From contig JBHGNT010000017.1 in assembly GCA_043228905.1 (NCBI GenBank), forward strand, positions 7,874,001 through 7,938,000: 64,000 nucleotides of DNA, written 5' to 3'. The notes beneath the pieces are model-generated. The model ran no database searches and was not told the origin of the DNA. It saw only the letters and a program-made list of their open reading frames with translations. Positions 61,291 through 64,000 of this stretch are shown here, piece after piece; position 1 is the first letter of the stretch, and each line of letters opens with the position of its first letter. Made by a program: the position numbers and the translations under genes. Source of the DNA: Azolla caroliniana. Lineage: Eukaryota > Plantae > Polypodiophyta.

Positions 61291-64000
61291 CATCAGACGT
61301 GTCTTGGAACGCTTCAACATGCACTCGACCAAGTCTGCTTCGACCCCACTCCCCATTAACCTTCGGCTGTCTCAGCGAGACTGCCTGACATCCGGTCCGG
61401 AGGGGGAAGATATGAAGTCGATACCGTATGCACCGACAGTCGGCTCCCTTATGTACGCGATGGTCGTGATACGGCCTGATATTTCTCATGCCGTAGGAGT
61501 CGTCGGCAGATTCATGCACAATCCAGGCCGATCGCACTGGAATGTAGTCAAGCATGTGTTCAGATATCTCGCTGGCACAAAAGAGCACGACATTCTCTTC
61601 GGCCCGAACTCAACCTCAGGCGTAGTCGGTTACACCGACTCGGACTTCGCCGGCTACGTGGACAATTGGAAATCAACAACGAGATATTGTTTCAAATTCG
61701 GCAATGGAGCAATCTCGTGGAAGTTGAAACTTCAGGAGTGCACAACCACCTCAACGACCGAAGCAGAATATGTAGTTGGGTCCGACGTGGCAAAAGAAGC
61801 TTTATGGCTCGGTCGGCTGGTGCACACGTTTCGACAAGTTGACCTCGACTCAGCTCCAGTTGTCTATAGTGACAGTCAGGGTGTTGTTGCTTTGTCAAAA
61901 AATCTGGTTCACCACAACGCCTGCAAGCATATCGACGTTTGATATCACTTTGTTCGGAACTGCGTCATTTCAGGGAAAATCAGTCTCGAGAAGATATCCA
62001 CAACCGATAATGTCGTAAATGGAATGACCAAGTGTCTTCCGGCGGATCGCTTCCGGTCCCTTCGGCACCAGATTGGCGTAACGAAAAATCGGTCTGGTTA
62101 AAGTCGGACACATAGCACAGGATGATTTCGGACAACTGACATCGGTTCTTTGAGGATCAACTTCAACTCTTCCGACCCGACCGGTTCGGTCTTCTGTCTT
62201 TAGATCTGGCCGACTCGAAAAAAATCGATCTGTCCGATAAACCTTGCATATACCTGTAATTTCAGATAACCCATGTATACGCCCATTATGGGTGAGTGTC
62301 GAATACGAGTGTATAATGGCTGTATTCACATTGTCCCTTTGGACAACCCAAGTTTGGGCCATTTCTGTAAATAGCATAAAGGGTAGTTGCCCTAGGATAG
62401 TCACTATATAAAGTGACTTTGTAACTCTTATTAAAAGGGTTGGCTGTCATTTGTGACTGTTGCTATTAAGAAATAAAACGTTTTTTTGTGCCTCTCTCTC
62501 TCTCTCTGTACCTTGTTCATTCTCATATACAGGTCCTTCAACATCGCAAATGTTGTTTGTTCTTCCGCAGTGACGACCTTGTCCCCAACACCAGGAGTGG
62601 GGGAGGACCCCTCGATAACCCTACAAGAGGAGATTGCCGCACAACAGGCCATCACTGCTAAAACAAAAAGGGCTACGCAACTTGCGGAGTCCGAGATTGA
62701 CCACCTCCACTCCGAACTCCGCCAATCCTCTGATAGAGAAAAGGACATCCGGGCCAAAGGCCAAAAGGCAGTGAAGGCACTAGAAGAGAAACTCAAAGCG
62801 GAGGCAGCAGCGCACACCTGCATGAAAGAAGAGAACACCAAACTACAAGAGGAAGCCCAAAAGTCGGTAGCGGCGATCGCAGGACTCCGAGCGTTATTGG
62901 AAAAGAAAAAAGCGTGGTACGACGAGTAGCTCGTACGAGAATAGGAGGTGAGGGATCAGGTCGAAGTCCGCCTGAACAATGAAATGGGCCAACTGGAGGA
63001 ATTACACTCGAAAGAATCTCAGATATGGGCAGGGATGAAGAACCATTATGAGGAAGCGGTTGTGGTTAATAAGCAAGAAATTGAAAACCTCAAAAAAACC
63101 CTGGAAGAAGCGCAGAAACCACTGCCAAGTAATAACCGACAACGTACGCGTACTTCTTCAACAAATCGAGATAGGTTTACAATGCAATTACAAGCGGCGC
63201 TAGACAAAGGCTGGATGGCGTGGGCAACACAAGCGGCGGAGTTGCATACCTACTGGGCGGACTAGGAGAATCGTAGGAAAGAAGGCTGAGGTTTCTATAA
63301 ACTCAATGAGGAAGGCATTGCGGTAATACACGAGGACCTAGCACAAGATTATTGCACGCTAGCGGACCAACACTCTGAGGAACTCGTGCAGCTACTGGAA
63401 GATTTCGGCGAAAGTCAGGAGGATATGTTTCACCGAATCATGGACGAAGGTAGCACGCGGCAAAGAGCGGAGCCCATCGCGATACCAGATAGCGATACCT
63501 CTGATCAGGAGGAACTGCAACCCAATTCACCGGAGATGACAACTACGGCCGACAACACTGAGGAAGTTACGGACAGGACAAAGCCTTAGCCTACCGAGAG
63601 CCCGCAGACGAAAGAGCCAGCCACAGTAGAACGAAATGAGCCAACAGAGTCGGCTCCACCAATGCAGGGAGAAGTTGACGCCGTGGAAACAACCACGACG
63701 ACCAAGCAAGTACAACACATGCAAGTGAGCAAGGACGCACCTACGGGCACTACACCGTCCCCAGACCAGTACGTAGGAGCAGAACCAAACATCCAGGATA
63801 TTTTGAAGAAGGAATAGAGGGATGGGTTCGACGTGCCATGGCACTGTCCCACAGGCGTGCCAGGTGTTGTCCACCAGAATCGTAACCGACGGACAAAAGC
63901 ACAGAAGTATTATAATATAGTAAAGCGTTAAGAAACGAATGTAACCGTTCAAGCGGGAAGAGTGAACGGCTAAAAGCCCTGTGTATATAAAGGGCAGAAA

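Larger units (their letters stand above)
56867..62590 (+). mobile_element. Ty1/copia element inserted in the gypsy extra ORF
   Basis: LTRs at 56867-57158 and 62297-62590. TSD CCAGG. PBS TGGTATCAGAGC (tRNA-iMet) at 57161. gag CNYCKKPRHIKANC, PR WLLDSGASYH, IN HSDV..RTDNGGEF, RH GYTDSDFAG..STTEAEY..KHIDV. Confidence 0.96.
50383..64000 (+). mobile_element. Non-chromovirus Ty3/gypsy (OTA/Phygy/Selgy-like) with an extra 3' coiled-coil ORF; 5' gag missing; the right LTR runs off the window
   Basis: LTR copies at 50383-50617 and 63868-64000 (TGTCC.CC.GAATCGTAACCG). gag double knuckle. PR IIDGG.GVN, RT WLSPIVIIPKKNGK and FLDDF, RH VDASN, IN HCG..GHY..C..C, WGLDFVGP and SDQGSHF. Extra ORF remnants at 55697-56866 and 62591-63817. 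Confidence 0.85.

Noticed and set aside
60944-61942. Novel 332-aa repeat-containing protein
   Set aside because: It is a chance read-through from LTR tandem repeats into the host copia RT/RNase H.

Overview
Eukaryotic land-plant nuclear DNA, probably a non-seed plant such as a fern or lycophyte (inferred from Tcn1-type chromoviruses, an RTE-X-like LINE and abundant (AG)n). It holds two intact spliced host genes on the minus strand: the AP-1 adaptor mu subunit (11 coding exons, 428 aa) and a Romo1/MGR2 homolog (3 exons, 74 aa). There is also a processed RPS20 pseudogene with a partial duplicate. The rest is nested transposable elements: a fungal-type Ty3/gypsy relic carrying a non-autonomous LTR element, Tcn1-like chromoviruses, Ty1/copia elements, a non-chromovirus gypsy, a full-length L1, an RTE-X-like LINE, hAT-type and TIR (MULE/KDZ-like) DNA elements, and a MITE. 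The main observations concern the Tcn1-like LTRs, which carry an antisense tRNA-like (A-box/B-box) module at the start of U3, Tf1-style self-priming sites, a U3/R hairpin that could mask the primer, and heat-shock-element arrays. Their non-coding derivative carries an array of about 13 bulged RNA hairpins. A second gypsy has a tRNA-3'-end-like sequence (inverted PBS) where the polypurine tract should be. All calls were made by eye; no database searches were run.
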